From contig CAVRQT010000002.1 of the NCBI GenBank assembly GCA_963723515.1, forward strand, positions 672,001 to 736,000: a stretch of 64,000 nt of DNA, given 5' to 3'. A model generated the notes under the pieces. It made no database searches. It saw nothing but the letters and a program-made list of their open reading frames with translations, and was not told the DNA's origin. A program made the position numbers and the translations under genes. The stretch is from Vulcanimicrobiota bacterium (GTDB lineage: Bacteria > Vulcanimicrobiota > Vulcanimicrobiia > Vulcanimicrobiales > Vulcanimicrobiaceae). Below, piece by piece: positions 37,758 to 46,812 of this stretch; the first letter of the stretch is position 1; each line of letters opens with the position of its first letter.

Positions 37758-39362
37758 ATGCGCTTGGCTCTCATCTTCTTGCCGCTAATACTATGTGCAT
37801 GCGCGCAGGGAATTTCGGTTCAAGGCCGTGCGGCGAACAGCGTTCGGTTCGATCTGGCCGCCGACCCGGCAAATCTCAATCCGCTCTTTGCACACCAAGA
37901 TGCGGCGTCTGTTGAGTTGCAAGTTGCCCGCCTTGCATTTGAACCGTTCATCGATCTCGATGAACGTGGCCGGCCACAGCCTGCATTGTTATCGGTCGTG
38001 CCGACGCATGAAAATGGCGGCATCTCTGCCGATGGCCGCACGATAACGTATCACCTTCGGCGCAACGTGAAGTGGCAAGATGGGGTGCCGGTCTCGTCGG
38101 CGGACGTGCTCTTCACGTTGCACGCGATCTTGGATCGGCGAAATCCCGTTCGTTCGTTAGAAGGATACGAATTGATTGACCGCGCGGTCGCGGAAGGTCC
38201 CCATACCGTCTCGATTCATCTGCGCAAGCCATGGGCGCCGGCGGCCACGACGCTTTTCTCATACGGTGTGAGTTCGCAGTTTGTGTTGCCGGCTCACGTC
38301 TTACGCAATCAGCAGCCGCTTTCGAATGCGCCATTTAACGCCGCACCGGCCGTCGGCGACGGACCGTACAGGTTCATCTCTTGGCGCCGGGGCGACAGAC
38401 TGCGGTACGAAGCCAATCCCCTCTACTGGCGCGGCGAACCCAAAGCGCACATTCTGGACATCCGAGTCATTCCGGATCCATCGACCAATTTGACGCTCCT
38501 TTCCGCGGCCGAGCTCGATTGGAACCTGATTGCACCGCTTCAGCAGGGGACGTTGCAGAATAATCCCGAGGTTGCGTATCGGTACGTTCCAACGGCGACG
38601 GTCGCCGGCGTCGCAATCAATCTCTCGAATCCGCCGCTGAACGACGTGCGCATTCGTCGCGCCCTTGCGATGTCGATCGACCGTGAGGCGATCAGCACGA
38701 AGATCACGCTCGGCAAATATCCCGTGACAAATGTCGCCCAACCGCAATTTTCGTGGGCGTACGATCCGACGGTGCAGTTGCCGCGCTATAGCGTTGGTGC
38801 AGCCGACGCCCTCTTCGATGCTGCCGGCTGGCGACGCGGCAGCGACGGCATCCGATTCAAGGACGGCAAGCCGCTGGCGCTGACCTACGTGCAGTTCCCT
38901 GAAACGGCGACCGGCGTGCGAGCTGCCACGATGATTCAAAGTGAGCTGCGCCAGCGCGGCATTGACGTGCAAATAAAGTCGATCAGCAACGCGCAACTGT
39001 TTCTGCCATCGTCTCGCGGCGGCACGCTGGCGAGCGGCGCATTCGACCTGGCGTACGTGCCGTGGACTTTCGGCAGCGATCCCGACGATAGTGCGCTGCT
39101 TGCATGCCATGGCGCGGAAAACTACATGCGCTATTGTAATCCGCTGGCCGACCGGCTCGAGCAAGAAGCGCTCTCGGCAACAGATCAAAGCCGGCGCAAG
39201 ATGTTCTATTCGAAGATCGGTCACCTCGTCGCTCGAGACGTCCCGATCATCTACCTCTTTAACGCGCGCTACATCTATGCATATCGGAAATCACTAGCCG
39301 GCTTCTATCCAAATGCATTTTTGCCGACGTGGAATGCGGCTGAGTGGAAACTTGAGCGCTAG
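37758..39362 (+). CDS. Peptide ABC transporter substrate-binding lipoprotein (family 5)
   Basis: Lipobox-like LCAC, LR.NVKWQDG.P.SSADV.FT, GDGPY, DVRIRRAL..SIDR. Confidence 0.9.
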   Translation: MRLALIFLPLILCACAQGISVQGRAANSVRFDLAADPANLNPLFAHQDAASVELQVARLAFEPFIDLDERGRPQPALLSVVPTHENGGISADGRTITYHLRRNVKWQDGVPVSSADVLFTLHAILDRRNPVRSLEGYELIDRAVAEGPHTVSIHLRKPWAPAATTLFSYGVSSQFVLPAHVLRNQQPLSNAPFNAAPAVGDGPYRFISWRRGDRLRYEANPLYWRGEPKAHILDIRVIPDPSTNLTLLSAAELDWNLIAPLQQGTLQNNPEVAYRYVPTATVAGVAINLSNPPLNDVRIRRALAMSIDREAISTKITLGKYPVTNVAQPQFSWAYDPTVQLPRYSVGAADALFDAAGWRRGSDGIRFKDGKPLALTYVQFPETATGVRAATMIQSELRQRGIDVQIKSISNAQLFLPSSRGGTLASGAFDLAYVPWTFGSDPDDSALLACHGAENYMRYCNPLADRLEQEALSATDQSRRKMFYSKIGHLVARDVPIIYLFNARYIYAYRKSLAGFYPNAFLPTWNAAEWKLER

Positions 39363-39371
39363 CGCAGCGGC

Positions 39372-40817
39372 TTAGAGCGGCCGGAAGAGCAGCCCGTCGA
39401 TCTTCCCGGCCGAGTTGATCGAGAGGATCAAGTTGAGCGAATCGTTCGCGAAATCGACGCGATAGACGTAGACGATCGAGCTGCCTTGCGCGGTCTTTCC
39501 TAAGTAGGTCAGCATCTGCACGGGGCCGAGGCGGCCGAATTGTGCTTTCGCACCCGAAACGAGTTGGGGCGTCAAGGCCCTGGACATCGTGGCGCTGAGT
39601 TGCGTGCGATCGATCGCGCCGCTTTGAATGCGCCGGATCCACTCTTTTGCGCGCGCCGTGACGCTGAGATCTTCATTCGGCGCTGGAGTGGGATGCGCGG
39701 GCACGAGCTCCGGATGCAGCGCATCGAAAATCTTGGCGGTGATCGATTCAGCCGGCGCTTGCACTTCGTTGAAGAGCGCAATAATCGCCAGATGGTCATC
39801 CGGGTACGTCATGTTGCTTGCGCTGAATCCAAACGTACCGCCGTTGTGCCAGATGCGGCGATGACCGTATTGCGAATCGAGCACCCAACCGAAGCCGTAC
39901 ACTGTCGGCTTTCCATCCGTCAGCGTGCCCGGCGACGTTGCGAGCGCCACATCTTTGGGGACGATCACGCGGCCGCCGAAGAAGGCGTTGTCCCACGTGG
40001 CTAGGTCACCGACATTGCTGACGAGATAACCAGCCGACCACGCCCACCCGGCGCCAAATGTCGGCGCGCGATTGAGTTTGGTTCCTGATTTGCTTGGCCC
40101 GTAACCGATTGCTAAGTCGGAAAGATGCCTTTCATTGCCGATCGTTGCCGTTTGCGTCATTCCCGCCGCCGCAATTACATGCGAGAACAGATAGTCGGTG
40201 TAGCTCTGTCCGCTTGCAAGCTCGACGATGCGTCCGAGAATTACATAATTGGAATTGCTGTATTCCCATCGCGAGCCGGGCGAGAAGCGCAACGGTTTGT
40301 TGGCGATCAGGTTGATCATCGCAGCGAACGTGCCGGGACGGTGCTCCGCTAATGAGACAAAGTTTTTCGAGTCTGTGTAGTTCGGTATGCCCGTCGTCTG
40401 CCAAAGCAGCTGCCGAATCGTGACGTCGTTGGCGGCCGGGTATGACCCGATGTACTTCACGAGGCGATCGTCGAGGCTGACCTTACCGTCTTCGACGAGC
40501 TGCATGATAGCGGCCGCCGTAAACTGCTTGGTGATGGAGCCGATCTCAAATCGAGTGTTCGGGGTCACCGGCTGTTGTAAAGAGAGATTCTTCAGGCCGT
40601 AAGCGCGCCGGTAGATGACGTTGCCGTTTGAAACGATTGCGATTTCTGCTCCGGGAATGCGATACGTATCCATCGCGCGGTGAACGGTTGCATCGACGCG
40701 CGCAATATCGCTTGCCGAAAGCGCCGTGATTGGCGGCGAAGGTGACGGCGTCGGCGTAGGAGCCGGCGCGCGTGCTCCAAGCAAAACGACGAGCGAGATT
40801 GCAGCGAGGAAACGCAT
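39372..40817 (-). CDS. Secreted serine hydrolase (class C beta-lactamase-like)
   Basis: SITK (SxxK), YSN, HNGG. Confidence 0.92.
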   Translation of the reverse strand: MRFLAAISLVVLLGARAPAPTPTPSPSPPITALSASDIARVDATVHRAMDTYRIPGAEIAIVSNGNVIYRRAYGLKNLSLQQPVTPNTRFEIGSITKQFTAAAIMQLVEDGKVSLDDRLVKYIGSYPAANDVTIRQLLWQTTGIPNYTDSKNFVSLAEHRPGTFAAMINLIANKPLRFSPGSRWEYSNSNYVILGRIVELASGQSYTDYLFSHVIAAAGMTQTATIGNERHLSDLAIGYGPSKSGTKLNRAPTFGAGWAWSAGYLVSNVGDLATWDNAFFGGRVIVPKDVALATSPGTLTDGKPTVYGFGWVLDSQYGHRRIWHNGGTFGFSASNMTYPDDHLAIIALFNEVQAPAESITAKIFDALHPELVPAHPTPAPNEDLSVTARAKEWIRRIQSGAIDRTQLSATMSRALTPQLVSGAKAQFGRLGPVQMLTYLGKTAQGSSIVYVYRVDFANDSLNLILSINSAGKIDGLLFRPL

Positions 40818-40818
40818 C

Positions 40819-42243
40819 TTACGCGGCTTTGACCGCCCCGACCAAATCGTCAACCGATGCCTTCGCGTCGCCGAAGAGCATCATCGTATTCGGCATTTCG
40901 TAGAGCGGGTTGTCGATGCCGGCAAAGCCGGAGCGCATGCTGCGCTTGAGCACGACGACGTTACTCGCCTTATCGACGTCGAGGATGGGCATCCCGTAAA
41001 TGGGTGATGACGCGACATTGCGTGCCGCGGGGTTCGTGACATCGTTCGCCCCGATGACGAGCGCGACATCCGTCTGCGGAAATTCCGGATTGATGTCCTC
41101 CATGTCGTAGAGCGCGGGATACGGAACGTTTGCTTCGGCGAGCAGCACGTTCATATGGCCGGGCATACGGCCCGCGACCGGATGAATCGCATACTTGACG
41201 GAAACGCCACGCTTTTCGAGCTCATCCGCCAACTTCTTAACGCTGTGCTGGGCCTGGGCAACCGCCATGCCATATCCGGGCACGACGATCACTTGACTTG
41301 CGTAGGCGAGCATCGTTGCGACATCGTCCACCGTTGCGGCGCGAATGTTCTGCGCGCCGCCGCCGGCCGCAGCCGACGATGCGCTGACCGCGCCGAATGC
41401 GCCGAAGAGTACGTTGAAGAGCGAACGATTCATCGCCCGACTCATCAAAATTGTGAGCAACGTGCCGGAAGCGCCAACGAGCGCGCCGCTGATGATCAAG
41501 ACGTTATTGGCGAGCGCCAATCCAGTCAACGCGACGGCTAGACCCGTGAATGAGTTGAGCAGCGAGATGATTACCGGCATATCGGCGCCGCCGATCGGCA
41601 GCACGAAGAGAACGCCGAGCAGCAGCCCGCCGGCCAGCATGCCGAAGAACGGCCACAACGGCTCCGGAGTGCCGTGCATCGTCACGATGAAGGCGGCGAA
41701 AGCAACGGTCGCGAGCGCAATAACGGCGTTGACGATTTGCTGACCGAGGTACGTTACGGGCCGTCCCGTCATCAGTTCTTGCAGCTTGAGAAAGGCGATA
41801 ATGCTGCCCGCGAAGCTAATCGATCCAATGATCGCACTGAGTACGATCGTGACGCCCTGATCGTACGGCAGAACGATCCCGCGCGCGAAGCTCGCGCCTT
41901 GCATGCGGAAGAGAAACTCCGCCGTCGAAACGAGCGCCGCTGCGCCGCCGCCGGCGCCGTTGAAGAGGGCCACCATCTGCGGCATCGCCGTCATCTTCAC
42001 GCGCAGCGCCGAAACGAGGCCGACGAGCGTCCCAATCGCGACGCCGACGACGACGACCCACCACGAGACGATTCCAGTACCGAGGAGCGTCGCGAGCAAT
42101 CCGATCAACATGCCGGCCGCCGCGATGCGATTGCCGAGTCGCGCTGTCGCGGGCGAGCTTAAGAAACGAAGGCCGAGGATGAAGAGGATGCCGGTGACGA
42201 GGTACGCGGCGTCGACCCAAACGGAACTGACCGTTTCGGTCAT
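40819..42243 (-). CDS. pntB: NAD(P) transhydrogenase beta subunit
   Basis: MTAMPQMVA, GGADMPV, PGYGMAVAQAQ, HPVAGRMPGHMNV. Confidence 0.97.
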   Translation of the reverse strand: MTETVSSVWVDAAYLVTGILFILGLRFLSSPATARLGNRIAAAGMLIGLLATLLGTGIVSWWVVVVGVAIGTLVGLVSALRVKMTAMPQMVALFNGAGGGAAALVSTAEFLFRMQGASFARGIVLPYDQGVTIVLSAIIGSISFAGSIIAFLKLQELMTGRPVTYLGQQIVNAVIALATVAFAAFIVTMHGTPEPLWPFFGMLAGGLLLGVLFVLPIGGADMPVIISLLNSFTGLAVALTGLALANNVLIISGALVGASGTLLTILMSRAMNRSLFNVLFGAFGAVSASSAAAGGGAQNIRAATVDDVATMLAYASQVIVVPGYGMAVAQAQHSVKKLADELEKRGVSVKYAIHPVAGRMPGHMNVLLAEANVPYPALYDMEDINPEFPQTDVALVIGANDVTNPAARNVASSPIYGMPILDVDKASNVVVLKRSMRSGFAGIDNPLYEMPNTMMLFGDAKASVDDLVGAVKAA

Positions 42244-42533
42244 TTCTTCACCGGCGCACGTCCTTTGAACATCTGAAGCATTCGTTCGGTCACGGCAAAT
42301 CCGCCGACGACATTGATCGTCGCAAGCGCAACGGCGATGATAGAAAAGATGGCCCCCAGCGGTGGAAACGCTGCGCCGGCAACAAGCAAAGCGCCGACGA
42401 GTACGATACCGTGGATCGCGTTCGTCGCCGACATCAGCGGCGTGTGCAGCATCGTTGGAACTTTTGAGATCACTTCAAAACCGACGAAGAGGGCGAGAAT
42501 AAAAACTGTGAGTTCGGCGAGCAGATGCTGCAC
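42240..42533 (-). CDS. pntAB: NAD(P) transhydrogenase alpha-2 subunit
   Basis: LHTPLMSATNAI, NVVGGFAVTERML. Confidence 0.95.
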   Translation of the reverse strand: MQHLLAELTVFILALFVGFEVISKVPTMLHTPLMSATNAIHGIVLVGALLVAGAAFPPLGAIFSIIAVALATINVVGGFAVTERMLQMFKGRAPVKK

Positions 42534-43675
42534 TACGATGCGACTCCGGTTTTCTGCAGCGCCGCGAGCGTCGGTTGGTGGACGATCGCACCATCGTGTA
42601 CGAGCATCGCGCCCTTGATGATCTCATCGCCCACGTCGAGGTTCAGCTCTCCATCCTTGATCAGCAACTGCAGCAGCGCGAAGATGTTTCGCGAGTAGAG
42701 CTGGCTCGCATGAAACGGCACCGTTCCGGCGAGGTTCGTCTGCCCGATGATCGAGACGCCGTGCGCGACGGTCGTTTGCCCTGGAACGGTCAGCGCACAA
42801 TTGCCGCCGGCTTCGGCCGCGAGATCGACGATCACCGAGCCGGGCTGCATCGCTGCGACGGCTTCTTCGGAAATCAAAAGCGGCGCTCGCACGCCCGGCA
42901 CAAGCGCCGTGGTTATCACGACGTCCGAGGCGCCGATATGCTCGAGCATAAAGCGGCGCTGCGTATCGATCTGTTCGCGCGTGAGCTCTTTAGCGTAGCC
43001 GCCGGCCCCTTCACCCTCGGCGCCAAGATCGATCTCGAGAAATGCAGCGCCTAAACTTTGCACCTGTTCTTTGACGACGGTGCGCGTATCGTACGCGCTG
43101 ACCACGGCACCTAAACGTTTTGCGGTCGCGATGGCTTGCAAGCCCGCAACGCCGGCACCTAAAATAAGCACCTTTGCCGGCCGAATTGTACCGGCGGCAG
43201 TTGTCAGCATCGGGAAGAATTTCGGCAACGTCGCGGCGGCCAGCAGGACGGCTTTGTATCCGGCGATGTTGCTCTGCGACGAAAGTGCATCCATGCTTTG
43301 GGCTCGCGTGATACGTGGGATCGCATCCATTGACAGCGCGGTGATCCGCTGATTTGCAAGCCGCTGAACGTATTGCGCATCGCCCAGCGGTGAAAGCAAT
43401 CCGATGAGCACGCTGCCTGGCGGCAACACGCCAAGCTCGTCATCGGTTGGGCGCGTCACTTTGACGGTAATGTCCGCGTTGCTGAGCGTCTCTTGGGCGG
43501 TCGATTGAATCGTCGCGCCTGCTTCCTGGTAAGCCGCATCATCGAAGCCCGCGCGCTTGCCGGCATCGTGCTGGACGATGGTGGCGGCTCCGGCTTTGGC
43601 GATGCGGGAAATCGTTTCCGGGACGAGCGCGACTCGCGATTCGTTCGCGCTTTCCTTGAGAACGGCGACGTTCAC
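42533..43675 (-). CDS. pntAA: NAD(P) transhydrogenase alpha-1 subunit
   Basis: ESRVALVP, RAQSMDALSS, GAGVAGL, DLAAEAGGNC. Confidence 0.95.
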   Translation of the reverse strand: MNVAVLKESANESRVALVPETISRIAKAGAATIVQHDAGKRAGFDDAAYQEAGATIQSTAQETLSNADITVKVTRPTDDELGVLPPGSVLIGLLSPLGDAQYVQRLANQRITALSMDAIPRITRAQSMDALSSQSNIAGYKAVLLAAATLPKFFPMLTTAAGTIRPAKVLILGAGVAGLQAIATAKRLGAVVSAYDTRTVVKEQVQSLGAAFLEIDLGAEGEGAGGYAKELTREQIDTQRRFMLEHIGASDVVITTALVPGVRAPLLISEEAVAAMQPGSVIVDLAAEAGGNCALTVPGQTTVAHGVSIIGQTNLAGTVPFHASQLYSRNIFALLQLLIKDGELNLDVGDEIIKGAMLVHDGAIVHQPTLAALQKTGVAS

Positions 43676-43714
43676 CCGCGCCCGGTTGGCGGGGCTAAAG
43701 GCCTATCCCTACCG

Positions 43715-44911
43715 CTATCCTGGCGCGGTGATGCGGCTCAAGAACAAGATTTGGTCGGTGCGATCATCGCGCAACAGCATATAAAAAGGATGATCGACGA
43801 TCATCTGCTCCTTCGGCGGAAGCATCGCCCGCGTGGCCGTTACGACTGCCGTCGCAGCCGCGGCTTGGGTCCCTTCTTCATCGACGCGTACGTACGTCAC
43901 ATGTTCGACACGGCTGACGTGCACCGCGCTTGACGTCATGCGGGAGAAGTTTGCCGCCGACGGATCGAACGCGATTCCCATCCCAAGCGCCGAGAGCGGT
44001 CCGTTCAAGTTGGTATTGTAGTTCACCGTGAAGCGCGGCATCTGCAACTCGATGAGCATGGGTTTCAATTCGCGCCGTGCGCGCTCGAACGCCGCGCTGG
44101 CGAACGCGAGGCCTGAATTCTTTGCCGGCAAGAAAATGTACATCGCGTAGCGATCGCCGCGATATGGCAAGCGCACCAGCTGCCATTGGTTTCCCTTTGC
44201 ATATTCGAATTGGGTACCTTGGCGCATCATGCTGATTGTATGTGGCGCTCCGCTTGCAGAGTAGAACGGCGCCGGAGACGTTTCGTGCGGATCGAACTGG
44301 TGCAGCCACTTTGCTTTGAGCGCCAGCGCATTTGCGAGCACAGCAACATCCAAGGTGTCGAAGCGGTCGAGCAGCTTTGGGATCAATCCGAAGGTTTGAT
44401 CTTTGACCCATCCGTTCAACTGCGCGAGCCCGGCGTCATTAAATGGAATGTTCGTCACCTTAGCGCGATACGAGCGCTGCATCTCATTTGCAAACGAGTG
44501 CCGGATCGGAAAGCCGTTCTTCACCCAGAGCGAGTTTGCAATGGAGAATTGCACGTCGCTCGTCGGTTTCGGGATGTCGTCAAGGAGGGTGGCGACTTCC
44601 GCGTTGAGTTGTGAGTCCGAAACATCGCTACCGTGCAAGACCTGCGCGATCGCCGAACGCGTCTTGGCGGCGGCGCCGTTCTCCGTCATCGAAAGCGCGA
44701 GCGCGACGCTGCTGGGCGAGATGACGACGTTGCCTTTCTCCGCCGCGTTCAGCTTCGCAAAGACGTCGAACCCGAAGGCGGTGTAGCGTGCGGCCAAGGA
44801 GAGCGATGCAGTCGCTGCCGCCAGCAGCGCGATCAGCATCGCCGCTGCCGCCACGGTCGTCAATGTCCTGGTTGTCGCTTTTTTCATCTGCTTTTGCTTG
44901 AGAAGGTTCAA
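43715..44911 (-). CDS. Secreted serpin
   Basis: NVVISPSS, ANSLW, KAKW..F, hinge EEGTQAAAAT, VDHPF; signal peptide (alternative ATG 44887). Confidence 0.92.
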   Translation of the reverse strand: MNLLKQKQMKKATTRTLTTVAAAAMLIALLAAATASLSLAARYTAFGFDVFAKLNAAEKGNVVISPSSVALALSMTENGAAAKTRSAIAQVLHGSDVSDSQLNAEVATLLDDIPKPTSDVQFSIANSLWVKNGFPIRHSFANEMQRSYRAKVTNIPFNDAGLAQLNGWVKDQTFGLIPKLLDRFDTLDVAVLANALALKAKWLHQFDPHETSPAPFYSASGAPHTISMMRQGTQFEYAKGNQWQLVRLPYRGDRYAMYIFLPAKNSGLAFASAAFERARRELKPMLIELQMPRFTVNYNTNLNGPLSALGMGIAFDPSAANFSRMTSSAVHVSRVEHVTYVRVDEEGTQAAAATAVVTATRAMLPPKEQMIVDHPFYMLLRDDRTDQILFLSRITAPG

Positions 44912-45768
44912 CCGATCGCGATCGTATTGCGCAGGGTGCCGATGCCTTGGATTTCAACCTCGACAACGTCGCCGTCGTGCAAGAACTCCGGAGGCGTTCG
45001 TGCGAATCCAACTCCCGCCGGCGTGCCTGTTGCAATGACATCGCCTGACTCTAAGGTCATCCCGCGAGATAACTCAGCCACGATCCGCGCAACGGAAAAG
45101 ATCATCGATGATGTCGATGCGGATTGCTTCGCGTCACCGTTGACGCGGACTTCAAGCTTCAGTGCTTGCGGATCGCCGACTTCTTCCGCTGTGACGATCC
45201 ACGGTCCGATCGGACAACTGTGATCGAGGCTCTTGCCTTTGAACCACTGGCCGTGCGCACGCTGCAGATTGCGTGCGGTGATGTCGTTGATGCAGGTATA
45301 GGCGAAAACATGGTCGAGCGCATCTTGCTCCGCAATGTCGCGCCCGGGCTTGCCGATGATCACGCCGAGCTCACCTTCCCAATCATATTCACGTGACAAT
45401 TCACTGGAGAACTCAAGCGTAGCGTCTGGATCGGCGATCGCTGTAACGGCTTTCGTAAAGAACTCAGGCACGTCCGGAATCTTGAACTGACGGCCAAAGG
45501 CGCGTGCGCCTTCCGCCGCGTGATCGAGATAGTTGCGGCCGACGCAGAAGACGTTCTTGCGCGGCAGAACAGGCGCGTGCAGATGAACTTGGTCAAGCGG
45601 CGTTTCGCGGTCCGTTTGCGCCGCTGCTATGAGACGCTGAAGCGCTTCGCTAGGTAGTGCGGCGCACTCTTCGAGCGATGCGCACGCCAATTGAACGACA
45701 CGCCCATCGACCAGCTTCCCGGGCCGGTGCTGCGCTTCATCGCCGATAGAGAATGTGAGGAGTTTCAC
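44908..45768 (-). CDS. Fumarylacetoacetate hydrolase family protein
   Basis: CVGRNY..H, DWEGEL, NDITAR, KGKS.D, GDVIATGTPAGVG. Confidence 0.93.
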   Translation of the reverse strand: MKLLTFSIGDEAQHRPGKLVDGRVVQLACASLEECAALPSEALQRLIAAAQTDRETPLDQVHLHAPVLPRKNVFCVGRNYLDHAAEGARAFGRQFKIPDVPEFFTKAVTAIADPDATLEFSSELSREYDWEGELGVIIGKPGRDIAEQDALDHVFAYTCINDITARNLQRAHGQWFKGKSLDHSCPIGPWIVTAEEVGDPQALKLEVRVNGDAKQSASTSSMIFSVARIVAELSRGMTLESGDVIATGTPAGVGFARTPPEFLHDGDVVEVEIQGIGTLRNTIAIG

Positions 45769-45855
45769 AAGCTTCGCTTATCAGCGAACTCTGACTGGAT
45801 TGACCGTCAATCTAGGCAACGGCGCACGTTGATAACGATACGCAGATCGTCTGCT

Positions 45856-46059
45856 TTAGCGTTTTTGGCGAGTCAGATGCCAGCGGTCACAGTACACGCA
45901 GTGATACGCGTGCAGAACCTTCGCCATGCCGTTCATCGCGGCGACGGCTCGCGCCGCATCTTCGGATTCGTAACCGTCTTTGGAGCGACAGCTTCGCTCC
46001 ATATCGCGGTCGACGTAATCGTCGCGGTCACCGCGATTGCGAAGCCACCAGTCCATCAT
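45856..46059 (-). CDS. Small putative zinc-binding protein
   Basis: C..K..Y.S...A and AYHCVYCDRWHLT; ATGA-coupled to the upstream gene. Confidence 0.65.
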   Translation of the reverse strand: MMDWWLRNRGDRDDYVDRDMERSCRSKDGYESEDAARAVAAMNGMAKVLHAYHCVYCDRWHLTRQKR

Positions 46060-46550
46060 GACTTCGGTTTTGGCGTCGGCGTGGCGCGCAGGATCTTATC
46101 GAGTCCGGGAAGACCGCGGTGCTGCGCTCGGTTACGCGCGTCGATCTCGAGCATATCGGTCACTGCGCCCTTGTAGTCGCCCCAATTGCCGCCACGCGAG
46201 AGCAGCGCGACGCCACGATGCACCTTTTGCGTGCGGGGATTGTAGTCGTACATTACTCGATAGACTCCGACGATCGCATGGCCGTCGGGTTTGCGGATCC
46301 ACATCTGAAGGACGTTCCCGTATGTCTGGGCGTTGAACGTCAGATTCTTGCACGATTTTCCTGACCTGACGCGCACGATTTGTCCGAGGCGGTTGACCTC
46401 GACGACAAACTCCGTATGCAACGGGACCGTCGGCAGATGCGGCGTCGGCAACGCGAACGGATGCGGCGTAGCCGTCTGCGCCTGGGCCGGCACGCAGACA
46501 GGAAGAAAAACGACACAAGCGCTCGCGGCGCACAAGAAAATTCGAAGCAT
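46056..46550 (-). CDS. Secreted hypothetical protein
   Basis: AAGGA RBS, signal peptide ending AQA, Pro-rich linker. Confidence 0.7.
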   Translation of the reverse strand: MLRIFLCAASACVVFLPVCVPAQAQTATPHPFALPTPHLPTVPLHTEFVVEVNRLGQIVRVRSGKSCKNLTFNAQTYGNVLQMWIRKPDGHAIVGVYRVMYDYNPRTQKVHRGVALLSRGGNWGDYKGAVTDMLEIDARNRAQHRGLPGLDKILRATPTPKPKS

Positions 46551-46812
46551 GAAATCCTTCAGTTGCGGGAGATCGCGGCGAACGCGCGGCCGCATGAAGC
46601 GCACGCTACCACGACCTGAAAGACGGCGGGCTGGTTGCGCGCGGAGCGCTCCGGCGGTTGATCTTCATCACTGCCGCAGTAACGGCACCGCGTCGAAGTC
46701 GAGTTCCATTGCGGAAGCGGTTCGTCCACGCCGACCCGCTGCTGCAGACCCTCTCGAGGGCCTCTTAGGCGGGGCCACCGCCACGCTATCCGAAAATCGG
46801 GTTACTCGTTAC

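Noticed and set aside
39372..40817. Antibiotic-resistance beta-lactamase
   Set aside because: Motifs only place it in the broad serine hydrolase family; no specific AmpC evidence
46333..46812. Long N-terminal extensions of polA (also of kgd from 29343 and the lipoprotein from 59650)
   Set aside because: They overlap genuine opposite-strand genes; better starts exist at 46813, 29604 and 59848
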